NCBI GenBank assembly: GCA_003518055.1
Contig: DOZJ01000002.1
Span: forward strand, 170,137-234,136
Length of the DNA stretch: 64,000 nt
From: Candidatus Falkowbacteria bacterium
GTDB taxonomy: Bacteria; Patescibacteriota; Patescibacteriia; UBA11705
Reading direction: 5' to 3'
Shown piece by piece: positions 1-10,332 of the stretch (within the stretch, counting starts at the first letter, position 1; each line of letters opens with the position of its first letter). A program made the position numbers and the translations under genes. Under the pieces are notes generated by a model. The model was given only the letters and a program-made list of their open reading frames with translations. It searched no databases and was not told the DNA's origin.

Positions 1-66
1 AAGAAGATGGTCAAGGAACGAATTAACGAGGCCATAGAGACTCACTTGACACTTAAAAGAATATAA
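1..66 (+). CDS. 3' end of a gene entering from the left edge (unidentified)
   Basis: Frame 1 is open (KKMVKERINEAIETHLTLKRI) to TAA at 64-66 and is followed by a terminator hairpin. Confidence 0.45.
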   Translation, partial: KKMVKERINEAIETHLTLKRI

Positions 67-105
67 ATCGGCTAATTCCAAACGAGTAAAATATATTCAA
101 ATATA

Positions 106-141
106 AAAGCGGCGGCGATTCGTTTTTCGAATCGCCGCTTT
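106..141. terminator. Bidirectional intrinsic terminator
   Basis: GCGGCGATTCG-TTTTT-CGAATCGCCGC stem with A-run before and T-run after, between convergent ORFs. Confidence 0.7.
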
Positions 142-204
142 GTTGCTAGATTTTAAATTGTCATCATTGTTTGTCCACATGTTCACTCCTTATCCCCGAA
201 GATC

Positions 205-546
205 CTAGAATTGTTCCCAGAAGCGACGGATATTGCTGATTGCCGCCTCCATTCGGGGTCTGCCAACAGAGTTATCCGAATGAACCTTCATGACTTTCGG
301 CGGCGGAAAGCTGACCTCAGAATCTTCGCCTCGGGAAAGTAGGAAGTACTGCTCCTCAAGCCAATTTGTCACAGCCTCACCATCAATCTCTCGCCCGTTG
401 TCATCCCACAACGCCAGATCATGATCAAGCGACAACTCTTCGACTTGCCCGGTCCTGAGCAGGACAATCACCTCGTCCGGTGTTCGCACGAGGAGCCAGC
501 CATCCGGTGGCGTTCTGAGATCGTCGAGAAAAACCTTGATCCCCAT
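205..546 (-). CDS. Stand-alone cyclic-phosphate-processing receiver (cREC)-like protein
   Basis: Motifs FLDDLR, SLDHDL and VHSDNSVGR typical of this divergent receiver family. Confidence 0.75.
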   Translation of the reverse strand: MGIKVFLDDLRTPPDGWLLVRTPDEVIVLLRTGQVEELSLDHDLALWDDNGREIDGEAVTNWLEEQYFLLSRGEDSEVSFPPPKVMKVHSDNSVGRPRMEAAISNIRRFWEQF

Positions 547-637
547 GGTCGTCTTCCTTTCCCTTCGGTTTTGGGGCGGTATTGCCGAGAAATTTATGGA
601 ACCCAGCCCCCCTTTCCTTTGTGTATGTTGATTGTTA

Positions 638-666
638 ATTATAATACATTTTTATCAATATGTCAA
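638..666 (-). promoter_or_regulatory. Consensus sigma70 promoter for 205..546
   Basis: TTGACA-17 bp-TATAAT on the minus strand. Confidence 0.8.
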
Positions 667-685
667 TGGTAACGCTTTTGACCAA

Positions 686-711
686 GAAAAAAAGACTATA
701 TTGATAGTCTT
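686..711 (-). terminator. Terminator of 710..1447
   Basis: AAGACTAT-ATTG-ATAGTCTT hairpin followed by a U-tract on the minus strand. Confidence 0.6.
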
Positions 712-1447
712 ATTTTACGGAGTTTAGTCCGATAATCATTGGGTCATGTTGGAGTTCAAAATCAAAAGCAATTTTCAGCGGAGGATTATCCGGCGTTTCT
801 CTGGGGATGAAATATGATAACCGGGCCATTATTTCCCGCCGACTCAAGACCAACAAGTGCAGCAGTCTTTTCAGATTGACTTGGCCTCGATTCAAATCAT
901 AAACTAGATTCAAGTAGGCAATGGATTCGATGACTATCGCATCATATTCCATTCTCCGTTTAGTATAACCATTCTCTTGGCAGGTTGCCATTTTTTGTTT
1001 GATCCATTGAACCAAATCCGAATTGAGGCGGCCAATCTGATTCAAATCGCCAAATCGCAGTTGGTCTTTTCGCTCATGATCAAAGAGTTGAAGCTGGACT
1101 ACATGTCGGGCTTCATGAAAAACAACTTCCCACAACGCCAGCAAAAATTCCTGAGCCGGCATTTTCCCGATCATTTCCTTGAAATCAACCGCCTGAGTAT
1201 CAATGATTAGCCGATACTGTTTGATTTTTTGGCCGGTAGTGTCGTTTGTCACCTCAAAGGCCAAGACAGAGGCGACTGAATCATTATGTGGTTTTTTGTT
1301 AGTCGGCCAGAGAAACTTTTGGCCATTGCCCACATAGGCGATCGGCGGTTCAGGTAGGAACAGGGCGCAGATATTCAGAAAGTTATCAGTCACGAAGCGA
1401 TATACATTGACTCGGCCGTTTAGCGGAGTGTAGTATCCATACATCAT
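710..1447 (-). CDS. Hypothetical protein with HExxH zincin-like motif
   Basis: VFHEARHVVQ plus downstream EYDA; strong SD (AAGGAGG); own promoter TTGACG-17-TAATGT at 1484-1512. Confidence 0.65.
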   Translation of the reverse strand: MMYGYYTPLNGRVNVYRFVTDNFLNICALFLPEPPIAYVGNGQKFLWPTNKKPHNDSVASVLAFEVTNDTTGQKIKQYRLIIDTQAVDFKEMIGKMPAQEFLLALWEVVFHEARHVVQLQLFDHERKDQLRFGDLNQIGRLNSDLVQWIKQKMATCQENGYTKRRMEYDAIVIESIAYLNLVYDLNRGQVNLKRLLHLLVLSRREIMARLSYFIPRETPDNPPLKIAFDFELQHDPMIIGLNSVK

Positions 1448-1514
1448 GTCCTCCTTTCCTCCTTTTTAGGCGCGAATTTAATTACATTAACAAATTTGGT
1501 CGATAGCGTCAATA

Positions 1515-1542
1515 ACAAAAAAAACGACTAAGTTTAGTCGTT
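1515..1542 (-). terminator. Terminator hairpin, near-identical to 10443-10469
   Basis: AACGACTA-AGTT-TAGTCGTT preceded by A8. Confidence 0.65.
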
Positions 1543-1617
1543 ACTGCTTTATTTTATCAGATCACTTTTGGGTATATTCCTTAAACATCCATTGGTTTCA
1601 GTTATTTGCCTGTGTAA

Positions 1618-2181
1618 TCAATGGAAAATGACGAAGCCGTCATCGCTCGCGAGGACAAACGCCTCATGCCACTGATCACATCTCGTAAGCCACCACTGCA
1701 TCAAGTCTTCTCTCTTGTGATACCACAAGTCTGCCATACCGTTTTCGAACTGATAGGTAATATCAGGTCTCTCGATGACTTCTCGGAGTTTTCGCTCGAC
1801 TGAATCGCGGAGAGCCTCAAAGTCTGAAGCAAGCTTCCTGCTTGTCATTGGTCCGATGGTACCTCGGTTATCAGCCATGTTTATTAGTTCCACGAAAGGT
1901 TTACCTGCATATTCAGTATAATTCTCCCAGATAACATTGGGTGCTACACCAAAAGCAATGAAAGATAGAATCATTCTCCAGTTGCCGTAGGCCGAGTAGC
2001 AGTCTGCATCGAAGTCCATCCTACAGCCATTAGACATATAACAACCGATTTTCATTCCGTCGAGTCGGGCGATATGGTCTGGGTATGAAAAAACCCGGTG
2101 ATGATCACTCTTTTCTCCGCAGGTATCATTGTGTTTATGACGGAAACGCGCCTTGCTAATGGCCGTGATATCGAGACCCAT
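1618..2181 (-). CDS. Hypothetical protein (MGLDI... start)
   Basis: GGAGG SD before ATG at 2181; promoter TTGACA-17-TATAGT at 2260-2288. Confidence 0.65.
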   Translation of the reverse strand: MGLDITAISKARFRHKHNDTCGEKSDHHRVFSYPDHIARLDGMKIGCYMSNGCRMDFDADCYSAYGNWRMILSFIAFGVAPNVIWENYTEYAGKPFVELINMADNRGTIGPMTSRKLASDFEALRDSVERKLREVIERPDITYQFENGMADLWYHKREDLMQWWLTRCDQWHEAFVLASDDGFVIFH

Positions 2182-2500
2182 CGGTGCCTCCTTCCAAGGG
2201 TGGTTTTTCTGGTATTTGCGGTGAATGAACAACGTAATTTTCTATGATTTCGACTGATTACTATATCAGTTTTTATTATATATGTCAATGCCGCATATTG
2301 ATTTTACCTTAAAGTACAACAAAAACATTATGATTTAACCATGTTAATTCACGCCATACCGCATGACCAAAATGGCTAACTCAGATGAGATCGGGTATGT
2401 GGGTAATCCCCAAACTCAACCAACACTAGCTGAAACGCCTAATGCCTACGCTCCAAGGTGGTCAGAATAACCTAGAACTCTCAGTCGCTCACGATTGCAT

Positions 2501-2542
2501 TTGCATATTTTTTTTTATTTCTATATACTACATTGTGTAGTA
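2501..2542 (+). promoter_or_regulatory. Promoter overlapped by BlaI-type operator
   Basis: TTGCAT-17-TATACT; palindrome TACTACA-TTG-TGTAGTA at 2526-2542 overlaps the -10. Confidence 0.8.
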
Positions 2543-2550
2543 GTAAAAAT

Positions 2551-2937
2551 ATGATAAATAAAAAAGTGAATTTTTTAGGAAAATTGGAAGCTGAAATAAT
2601 GGAAATCGTGTGGACCAATGGAACTGTTTCAGTCCGAGATGTGGTATCCGAATTGGAAAAACGAAAAAAAATCGCCTACACCACCGTAATGACGGTGATG
2701 ACGCGTTTGTTTAAAAAAAATATTTTGAAGCGCAAGCAAGACAAGGGCGGGGCATTTGTTTATCTACCGACGAAAGAAAAAAAAGAATTTGTCGCCCAAG
2801 CGTCAGAAAAAATGATTAGAAATTTTCTTCAGGAATTCGGGGATGTGGCGGTGGCGCAATTTGTGGATGTAATAGAAATGGCTGATGCCGAACATTCCGC
2901 GAGCTGGAAGAAAAAATTGAAAGATCTTCTTGAATAA
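2551..2937 (+). CDS. BlaI/MecI/CopY family transcriptional repressor
   Basis: LGKLEAEIMEIVW...AYTTVMTVMTRL winged-helix signature; no C-terminal CxC motif. Confidence 0.9.
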   Translation: MINKKVNFLGKLEAEIMEIVWTNGTVSVRDVVSELEKRKKIAYTTVMTVMTRLFKKNILKRKQDKGGAFVYLPTKEKKEFVAQASEKMIRNFLQEFGDVAVAQFVDVIEMADAEHSASWKKKLKDLLE

Positions 2938-2938
2938 T

Positions 2939-3961
2939 ATGGAAATGACTTTTCGCCGTAAACAACAATATTCATATTTCCGGCTGACGATAATAATGAC
3001 GGCGGTTATTGGTTTATCGGTGTATGTTTTCGCCAGAATTTGGCAGAACGCTTTTTGGTATGGAAGAATTTTGGGGCACAAAATTCAAACCGCCTGTGGC
3101 TGCACGGAATTATCCGAGCTTATAATAATGCACCCGATTATTTTTGGTTCAGTTCTGGCCCTTGGCGTTTTGGCCGGAACGGCTGCGTTGTTGGCAGCGG
3201 TGAAGTTTTACACGATATGGTCGCAGACAAGGAAGTTTTGCCGGTTATACTTAAATTCTGCCAAGGCCAACCATTCAGCAAAGCTAAAAAAAACCCTGAA
3301 AAGAATGAAATTTGATAAGCAAAGGGTGGCTGAAACAGCGTGTGATGACCCTGTTGTGTTTTGTTATGGCTGGTGGAAACCAAAAATTTGCGTTTCGAGC
3401 GGTTTAGTCGCCATTTTGCATCCAGCTGAATTGGAAACAGTCTTGCGGCATGAGGAACAGCATGTGATCTCTCGAGAACCGGCGAAATTGTTCATGTTTA
3501 AATATTTTTACCATCTTTACTTTTTTCTGCCGGGGTTGAAAACATTAATAAAACAATATGAAACTTTTTCTGAAATGGCGGCGGATGAATGGGCGGTTAA
3601 TATGGTCGGAAATAAAAAAAATTTAGCGAGAGCAGTATGGAAATTATCTGAAACAGTCGAAAATAGAAATGTGAACTTATCTTTGTCATTTTTTACCTCA
3701 ATCGTGGCTGAACGTGTTAACAAATTTGCGGACAATGGCTATATGCCGCGCTTTCGCATCTGGGGCAGGGGTTTTGCGCTGGGAGCGGGTTCGGTCGTTG
3801 TTATCATGTTGCTTGTGGGCGCTTTCATCATGGATAGTGATCGAGCGCTGGCGATGCATAATTTTGGCGGTTGTTCGATTGAGGCCGGACCAGCGGACGG
3901 CAGAACTGCTTGTGCCTCAAACATGGCTGATCATCAATCAACTTCGACGTGCAGGCAATAA
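2939..3961 (+). CDS. BlaR1-like M56 membrane metallopeptidase without penicillin-binding domain
   Basis: FCYGWWKPKICVSSG, HEEQH (HExxH), EMAAD; several TM helices; directly follows the blaI-like gene. Confidence 0.85.
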   Translation: MEMTFRRKQQYSYFRLTIIMTAVIGLSVYVFARIWQNAFWYGRILGHKIQTACGCTELSELIIMHPIIFGSVLALGVLAGTAALLAAVKFYTIWSQTRKFCRLYLNSAKANHSAKLKKTLKRMKFDKQRVAETACDDPVVFCYGWWKPKICVSSGLVAILHPAELETVLRHEEQHVISREPAKLFMFKYFYHLYFFLPGLKTLIKQYETFSEMAADEWAVNMVGNKKNLARAVWKLSETVENRNVNLSLSFFTSIVAERVNKFADNGYMPRFRIWGRGFALGAGSVVVIMLLVGAFIMDSDRALAMHNFGGCSIEAGPADGRTACASNMADHQSTSTCRQ

Positions 3962-3983
3962 GCGCACTGTGCATAAAAATTTC

Positions 3984-4020
3984 TTGACAATAATTATCCT
4001 GCCTACTACACTATGTAGTA
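3984..4020 (+). promoter_or_regulatory. Copper-operon promoter with second BlaI-type operator
   Basis: TTGACA-17-TACACT; palindrome TACTACA-CTA-TGTAGTA at 4004-4020. Confidence 0.85.
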
Positions 4021-4061
4021 GGTATTTGTTTACTAAAATAAAATAATTAACTTGAATAAGT

Positions 4062-5831
4062 ATGAGCAAAATTACGATTCCGATCCGAGGTATGCACTGC
4101 CGATCTTGTGAAATATTGATTGAAAATAATATCAAAAAAATCGATGGTGTTAAAAAAGTAGAGGTTAGTCATAAATCGGGCCGGGCGGATGTTTTTTTTG
4201 AGCAAAACACGGCGCCCAGCGCGGCCTTGAAACAAGCGATTCAAGATTCGGGGTATGAAGTCGGAGCCAAGGGGAAGTTGCCATGGCTGTCTAAAAATAA
4301 ATATGATTATATTAATTTTTTGAAGGGAGCGGTCATTTTAATTTTTATATATTTAATTGCCGAAAGATTCGGTTTATTCGGAATTAGCGTTAACACTGAA
4401 AGCACAAGTTTGATGGTAGTTTTATTGGTCGGTTTGGTGGCCGGCATTTCCACCTGCATGGCACTTGTCGGCGGATTGGTTCTCAGCTTAGCGGCCAGAC
4501 ACGCTGAATTGCATCCGGAAATAACCCCCAAGGAAAAGTTCGTACCGCATCTATATTTTAATTTAGGCCGGATTATCGGATTCGCCGTGCTTGGAGGAGC
4601 GATCGGTTTAATCGGGTCAGCGCTCAGCCCATCAACCAGAGTGATCGGATTCATGACCGTCGCCATTGGCGCGGTGATGATTTTTCTCGGTTTGAAACTG
4701 GTAGAGATATTTCCCGCCCTGAAAGACAAATCGATCGCTCTGCCGAAATCAATTTCTCAGTTTTTGGGTGTTGGGCGGGAACAAAAAGAATACAGCCATA
4801 AGAATTCTTTTTATACCGGTGCCTTGACCTTTTTTCTGCCCTGCGGCTTCACACAGGCCATGCAGTTGTTCGCGGTCAGCAGCGGCAATTTTATTCAAGG
4901 TGCTTTGATCATGTCTCTTTTTGCTATTGGCACTGCTCCCGGTTTGCTCGGTGTTGGCGGTTTGGCGTCGGTTTTTCAGGGCAAGCAAGCAAAAGTATTT
5001 TTCGCAGCAACTGGGATTGCCGTTATATTACTCGGTTGGTTCAATATCGCGAATGGCAGCCAGCTCTTATTTCAAACGAAGATAGATGCAGATCAAGGAG
5101 AGATTATAAATTCCACAGGCATTCAGGAAATCCGAATGACCCAAGGAAACGGAGGCTATTCACCAAACAAATTTACGGTGGAAAAAGGCAAAACAGTACG
5201 CTGGATTATTACTTCAACCAATCAATTTTCCTGCGCCAGCGCTTTGGTCGTGCCGAAATATGGTATCAGTGAAAATTTGGTCAAGGGGGAAAATATTATT
5301 GAATTTGTTCCAACTCAAACCGGCGATATTCCATTTTCATGTTCCATGGGCATGTATCGAGGTGTAATCAAGGTGGTTGAACCCGGAACAACCAAAAAAA
5401 CATCCGCCATTAATACAAATGTTCCCGTGGCTCAGGCCGCGGCGGCGCCAAGCGGCAGTTGCTCCACAGGTGGAGGTGGGTGCGGCTGCGGCGGCGCGAG
5501 AGTGAAGCCAAGTTCTGATTCAACGCCTGTTAACGCCACAATAGAAAGCGGTGTTCAGTTAATTAAAACCGAATACTCAGAAGAAAAAGGGATATTTCCG
5601 AATAATTTTGTGGTGAAAAAGGGCATACCGGCGCGTTTTGAGATTACGGCCAAAGATGACGGCGAAGGTTGTTCAAATTCAATTGTCGTTCAGGGATTGC
5701 ATGATCAAGCTGAATACCTGAGAAGTGGCAATAAAATCATTATGGACTTCACAGCCGAACAAAACGGAGACTTTGCAATTACCTGCGGTATGGGAATGAT
5801 TAATTGGGGTAAAATTACCATCATTAATTAA
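4062..5831 (+). CDS. HMA + DsbD-like (TauE/SafE-like) membrane domain + two cupredoxin-like domains
   Basis: GMHCRSC; STCMALVGG and LPCGFTQ membrane Cys pair; FSCSMGM and ITCGMGM cupredoxin motifs. Confidence 0.85.
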   Translation: MSKITIPIRGMHCRSCEILIENNIKKIDGVKKVEVSHKSGRADVFFEQNTAPSAALKQAIQDSGYEVGAKGKLPWLSKNKYDYINFLKGAVILIFIYLIAERFGLFGISVNTESTSLMVVLLVGLVAGISTCMALVGGLVLSLAARHAELHPEITPKEKFVPHLYFNLGRIIGFAVLGGAIGLIGSALSPSTRVIGFMTVAIGAVMIFLGLKLVEIFPALKDKSIALPKSISQFLGVGREQKEYSHKNSFYTGALTFFLPCGFTQAMQLFAVSSGNFIQGALIMSLFAIGTAPGLLGVGGLASVFQGKQAKVFFAATGIAVILLGWFNIANGSQLLFQTKIDADQGEIINSTGIQEIRMTQGNGGYSPNKFTVEKGKTVRWIITSTNQFSCASALVVPKYGISENLVKGENIIEFVPTQTGDIPFSCSMGMYRGVIKVVEPGTTKKTSAINTNVPVAQAAAAPSGSCSTGGGGCGCGGARVKPSSDSTPVNATIESGVQLIKTEYSEEKGIFPNNFVVKKGIPARFEITAKDDGEGCSNSIVVQGLHDQAEYLRSGNKIIMDFTAEQNGDFAITCGMGMINWGKITIIN

Positions 5832-5847
5832 TATTAACCAAAATAAT

Positions 5848-6051
5848 ATGAAGATTAATTTTCAAATTACGGATTTGACTTGTGATGCCTGTATCAGTTT
5901 GAGTCAGGCCGCCCTAAAAAATTTACCGGGAGTGCAACAAGTAAACATTGAGCCGAATGGACTAACTGTGGTCGAGGCTGATCGGCCGATTGATTTTGAA
6001 GACATAAAAAACGAATTGGCTCGGGTGGGAAAAACCGCCGAGCAAATTTAA
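5848..6051 (+). CDS. CopZ-like HMA copper chaperone
   Basis: 67 aa with LTCDAC motif. Confidence 0.8.
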   Translation: MKINFQITDLTCDACISLSQAALKNLPGVQQVNIEPNGLTVVEADRPIDFEDIKNELARVGKTAEQI

Positions 6052-6055
6052 AATT

Positions 6056-6427
6056 ATGGAGAAGCTAAATTTAACCCTACGGGGGATGAATTCCACGGCT
6101 GAACAAAAAATTTTGGAGCAAAATTTGTCCGCGCAAAACGCGATAAAAAAAGTTAGTTTTTTTTCAACCAAAAAAAACGTGGGGATCAGCTTGGAATGGG
6201 ATCAGGCGAAAATATCCAAGCAGCAGATTATGGACATAATTAATTTAAGCGGAGATTTTAATATTGAAGAAACTCTTGGTAGAGATGAAGCTAAGAATGG
6301 CGAAGAAAACCCAGTTATAGAGCCCGCAATGGCGTCTAGCAATTTAATGTATCTGGGTTTAGCTTGCGGTTTGTTTTTGATGTCAATGGTGTTCAATATC
6401 ATACTATTGTATATAATTATTAAATGA
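6056..6427 (+). CDS. Degenerate HMA-fold protein with C-terminal TM anchor
   Basis: LRGMNSTAE at the position of GMxCxxC; hydrophobic C-terminus; in operon. Confidence 0.65.
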   Translation: MEKLNLTLRGMNSTAEQKILEQNLSAQNAIKKVSFFSTKKNVGISLEWDQAKISKQQIMDIINLSGDFNIEETLGRDEAKNGEENPVIEPAMASSNLMYLGLACGLFLMSMVFNIILLYIIIK

Positions 6428-6440
6428 TAACGATTTATAT

Positions 6441-9377
6441 ATGGGAAAACGAGTAAAACTGAAAATTTATGGGATGCATTGCGCTTCCTGCGAAAAAATA
6501 ATCGAACTGGAATTGGCTGAAGTGCCGGGAGTAATGTCATCAAAGATTGATTCTATATCCGGGCTGGGAGAGGTTGAGGCTGAAGAAAACGTATCAGTAG
6601 AACAAGTGGTCAAGGCGGTGAAAAAGGCTGGATACGGGGCCGAAGTAATCAGCGATGAGGGGGTTGATCACGTGGCTGAGGCATTCCAGGTTGAAAAAAA
6701 AATTGTGGACGCGAAATCTCCGGTCAAAATCAAGCTTGAGTCATCGGTTACAGCTGACGGCGAATTTGGTGAAAAAGAAGATCGCCCAGTATTTACCGGC
6801 AAGATCAATCAAACAAAAAAAGGTGAGATTGAAATTCCGGCTGGCAGTCATGACGTGGAAAAAGCTATTGATAAAATTTTTAACGCGTCAAAGATTAATC
6901 AGCTTATAGCTTTGTTTTCAGGTGATTCCGTTGATAAACCCAAGCATGATAACCACGAGATGGTGAGAGCTGAACACGGTTTGGGGACGCACAATCAAAA
7001 AGAGTCCAATAATTCAGGCAAGAAAGACGATCAGTCAGCCAGTTTTATAATCAGCGGTATGCATTGCGCCTCCTGCGCTCTTATAATTGAAAAAAAATTA
7101 AAAACTGTACCCGGTGTCAAAGAAGCCAATGTTAATTTCAACGCGGAAAAAGCGCGGGTAATTTTCAATGCGAACCAATCAAGTGTTGATGATTTAATGA
7201 CAGCGGTCAAAGCGGCCGGTTATAAAGCTGAAGTGGCGGACACGGCTGACCCTGACGCTGAGAAAAAACGAAAAGAAGCAGAAATCAAAAATTATCGTAA
7301 TAAGTTTTTGATTGCGTTAATTTTAAGTTTACCGATGCTGTATTTCATGCTGTTTGATTTTTTCACCTTCATTCCTGGACGATCGGCGTTACTTCCATTG
7401 ATCGGAATAATATCACTGATTTTAACCATTCCGGTGCAGTTTTATATTGGCGCGGGATTTTATCGAGGCATGTGGAGCAGTTTGAAAATGAAAACGTTTA
7501 ACATGGATAGTTTGATCGCCATCGGAACCAGCACGGCATTTTTTTACAGTTTAATTCAATATTTGTCATACGCCATTGGCAATCGATCGCTGATCGGTCT
7601 GGAAGGGATGAAAATACCCGAGTTGTATTTTGAAACCGCGGCTTTTCTGATTACTTTTGTGATACTTGGCAAATGGCTGGAAACCAAAGCCAAAGGGAAA
7701 ACATCGGACGCGATAAAAAAGCTCATGGGTTTGCAGCCAAAGACAGCGAGGATCATCCAGAATGGACAAACTCGAGATGTGCCGCTCGATGAAGTGAAAC
7801 AGGGGGACATTATTTTGGTTCGTCCGGGTGAAAAGATCCCGGTTGACGGTGTGATCGTCAAAGGGTTATCAGCGGTTGATGAATCAATGTTAACCGGAGA
7901 AAGCATCCCGGTCGAAAAGAACGTAGGGGATAAAGTCATTGGCGCGACGATTAACAAGCATGGCAGTTTTGAATTTGAAGCCACTCGCGTAGGCAATGAA
8001 ACCGCCTTGGCTCAAATTGTCCGTTTGATTGAAGAAGCGCAAGGCTCAAAGGCGCCGATACAGGCCATGGCCGACAAAATATCCGCTTGGTTCGTGCCGA
8101 TTGTTCTCATTTTAGCGGTGTTAACATTTATTGTGTGGTACTTATTTTTGGGAGCCAGTTTATCATTTGCTTTGATGGCGTTCACTTCCGTGATCGTGAT
8201 TGCCTGTCCCTGCGCGCTTGGATTGGCGACGCCTACAGCCATTATGGTGGGCACAGGCAAAGGAGCGGAGTATGGCGTTTTGATCAAGGGCGGAGAACCG
8301 CTCGAAGCGGCGAATAAAATTAAAACCATGGTTTTTGATAAAACCGGAACGTTAACAAATGGTAAGCCGGAGGTAACAGATGTCCTTAGTTTGTCGGATA
8401 TGGATGAGGACGAGGTGGCGGCTATTGCCGGCAGTTTGGAAAAATTGTCAGAACATCCATTGGCCGAGGCGATTGTCAGATACGCGGAGGAAGAAGACAT
8501 TGAAATGAGTGAGGCGGTTGATTTCAAGGCGATTCCCGGGCATGGTGTGGAAGGTCGCGTTGAGAATTCGAAATACTATTTTGGCAATCGGAAACTGATA
8601 AAAGATAAGTTGAATTTAAATATTGAAAAAACCGAACGCAAAGTTCGTAAGTTGGAGGAGGCGGGGAAAACTGTCATGATTTTGGCCAGTGAAACAGCGG
8701 TTATTGGTCTGATCGGGGTGGCAGACACAGTGAAGGAGAGTTCTCTTGAGGCGGTTCGCCAATTGCAAAAGCGGGGAATAGAAGTGTTTATGATTACCGG
8801 TGATAATCAGAGAACCGCGGACGCGATCGCCAAACAGGTGGGCATTACCAATGTTTTGGCTGAAGTCCTGCCGGAAGATAAAGCGAACGAGGTGAGAAAA
8901 TTACAAGACTCAGGGAAGAAAGTGGCTATGGTGGGTGACGGAATTAATGACGCTCCCGCCCTGGCACAAGCTGATCTCGGCATCGCTATGGGTGGAGGGA
9001 CAGACGTGGCTATGGAGACAGGCGGCATTGTGATCATAAAAAATGATTTACGCGATGTCTTGACCGCGATTGGTCTGAGCCAAGACACGATGGGCAAGAT
9101 CCGGCAAAATATGTTTTTCGCTTTATTTTATAATGTGATGGGCATTCCGATCGCGGCGCGGGTGTTTGCCGGATTAGGGTTGGTGCTCAAACCGGAATTA
9201 GCCGGGTTGGCGATGGCTTTCAGTTCAATTTCGGTGGTGACAAACTCTTTGCTGCTCAAATATTATAATCCGAAAAAGAAAAATTACGCCTCAATGGTGG
9301 CACCGTATGTTTTGGCGGTGATTTTTGCTCTGGTTTTCATTGAGTTTGGCCGGTTAAGTTCAAGTATGGCGGAATAA
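6441..9377 (+). CDS. copA: Cu(I)-exporting P1B-1 ATPase
   Basis: Two GMHCASC domains, TGES, CPC, DKTGT, SEHP, GDGIND, YN and MAFSS motifs. Confidence 0.95.
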   Translation: MGKRVKLKIYGMHCASCEKIIELELAEVPGVMSSKIDSISGLGEVEAEENVSVEQVVKAVKKAGYGAEVISDEGVDHVAEAFQVEKKIVDAKSPVKIKLESSVTADGEFGEKEDRPVFTGKINQTKKGEIEIPAGSHDVEKAIDKIFNASKINQLIALFSGDSVDKPKHDNHEMVRAEHGLGTHNQKESNNSGKKDDQSASFIISGMHCASCALIIEKKLKTVPGVKEANVNFNAEKARVIFNANQSSVDDLMTAVKAAGYKAEVADTADPDAEKKRKEAEIKNYRNKFLIALILSLPMLYFMLFDFFTFIPGRSALLPLIGIISLILTIPVQFYIGAGFYRGMWSSLKMKTFNMDSLIAIGTSTAFFYSLIQYLSYAIGNRSLIGLEGMKIPELYFETAAFLITFVILGKWLETKAKGKTSDAIKKLMGLQPKTARIIQNGQTRDVPLDEVKQGDIILVRPGEKIPVDGVIVKGLSAVDESMLTGESIPVEKNVGDKVIGATINKHGSFEFEATRVGNETALAQIVRLIEEAQGSKAPIQAMADKISAWFVPIVLILAVLTFIVWYLFLGASLSFALMAFTSVIVIACPCALGLATPTAIMVGTGKGAEYGVLIKGGEPLEAANKIKTMVFDKTGTLTNGKPEVTDVLSLSDMDEDEVAAIAGSLEKLSEHPLAEAIVRYAEEEDIEMSEAVDFKAIPGHGVEGRVENSKYYFGNRKLIKDKLNLNIEKTERKVRKLEEAGKTVMILASETAVIGLIGVADTVKESSLEAVRQLQKRGIEVFMITGDNQRTADAIAKQVGITNVLAEVLPEDKANEVRKLQDSGKKVAMVGDGINDAPALAQADLGIAMGGGTDVAMETGGIVIIKNDLRDVLTAIGLSQDTMGKIRQNMFFALFYNVMGIPIAARVFAGLGLVLKPELAGLAMAFSSISVVTNSLLLKYYNPKKKNYASMVAPYVLAVIFALVFIEFGRLSSSMAE

Positions 9378-9430
9378 ATGTAATTTTTTATGGCATTATT
9401 TATAATTCTCAAAATACAATCACAGTGATT

Positions 9431-9883
9431 ATGAAAAAAATGCTTATAATGCTAATTATAATCGTGGGAATCTACGGTCTGTACCGATTGGCGAATCAAG
9501 ACGCTCCGGTTCAGGTGAATGTAGACGCTCCGGTTCAGACTCCGCCAAAAGATGAATCCACCAGTAAATCCGTAATATTGTCCGAGGAAATAAAGAGAAG
9601 GCTATATGTGGCAGATATTGTTGCCGATGGAGTCATGATTCCGGACGTTTTTACCCTAAAAGTCGGCCAGCCGGTTCGTCTTGAGATCAATCCCAAGGTG
9701 GATGTGTCCGGCTGCATGAATACGATTCTAATTTCTGAATTATTTGATCCTTTCCCCGATGACGCGCCGTTAGTGGAAAAGGACAAACAGATCGTGATGG
9801 AATTTACGCCGAAAAAGATTGGAACTTATTATCTCACATGTGTGATGGGCGTGCCGTGGGGGACAATAGAGGTTAAAGGATAA
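9431..9883 (+). CDS. Membrane-anchored cupredoxin-domain protein (CupA-like)
   Basis: N-terminal TM, SGCM and TCVMG motifs; follows copA. Confidence 0.75.
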   Translation: MKKMLIMLIIIVGIYGLYRLANQDAPVQVNVDAPVQTPPKDESTSKSVILSEEIKRRLYVADIVADGVMIPDVFTLKVGQPVRLEINPKVDVSGCMNTILISELFDPFPDDAPLVEKDKQIVMEFTPKKIGTYYLTCVMGVPWGTIEVKG

Positions 9884-9990
9884 AGCAAGAAAGCGAGAAC
9901 AGCGAGAAAAGTAAGACAAAGGATAACCAGAGTATTTGTTTACTTATCTTGCTTGTCTTGCTTATTTCACTTATAACTTATTAAAAGCGA
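9884..9990. repeat. Palindromic element built of 9-mer repeats; inverted copy at 54054-54173
   Basis: 51/52 identity of the 9939-9990 reverse complement to 54054-54105, plus shared CTCGCTGTTCTCGCTT. Confidence 0.85.
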
Positions 9991-10059
9991 TAAATCTGCC
10001 ATTATTCTTACAAAAATAAAATAAAAGAATTTAAAATTTAATTCATAAAAACAAAAAGT

Positions 10060-10323
10060 ATGGATCGCCTGTCATTGAAAAAGTACGGCTGGAAATGCGT
10101 GCTCGGGGCGGAGGTCGCTTATGTCCTGTGTTTGGCCGGAGCTTTTTTGCCGGTGCGTTCGGCCGAGGCGGTGGAGCTGCATCATCGATTGTTTGAAATT
10201 TTTCCGGGGTTTACGTGGATCAATGCCTCAAGTGTAATTTTCGGTCTAGTGTACATGTTTGTTTTCGCTTGGATTTTTGCTTGGTATTACGTCTGGATGC
10301 ATAATACCAGCATGGTCAAATAA
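10060..10323 (+). CDS. DUF5676-like small membrane protein
   Basis: Two TM helices with YVLCL and HHRLFEIFPGFTW, a type common in metal-resistance loci. Confidence 0.7.
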   Translation: MDRLSLKKYGWKCVLGAEVAYVLCLAGAFLPVRSAEAVELHHRLFEIFPGFTWINASSVIFGLVYMFVFAWIFAWYYVWMHNTSMVK

Positions 10324-10332
10324 TAGTTAAAT

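Noticed and set aside
2300-2495. Possible ncRNA or recombinase remnant left of the copper island (likewise 19565-19720)
   Set aside because: No recognisable structure, motif or reading frame could be supported by eye.
2551-3961. Beta-lactam resistance locus
   Set aside because: No beta-lactamase or PBP gene and no sensor domain; the only second operator I found precedes copper genes.
9500-9538. Short duplication DAPVQ-VNV-DAPVQ in the cupredoxin gene
   Set aside because: Ordinary in-frame linker duplication.
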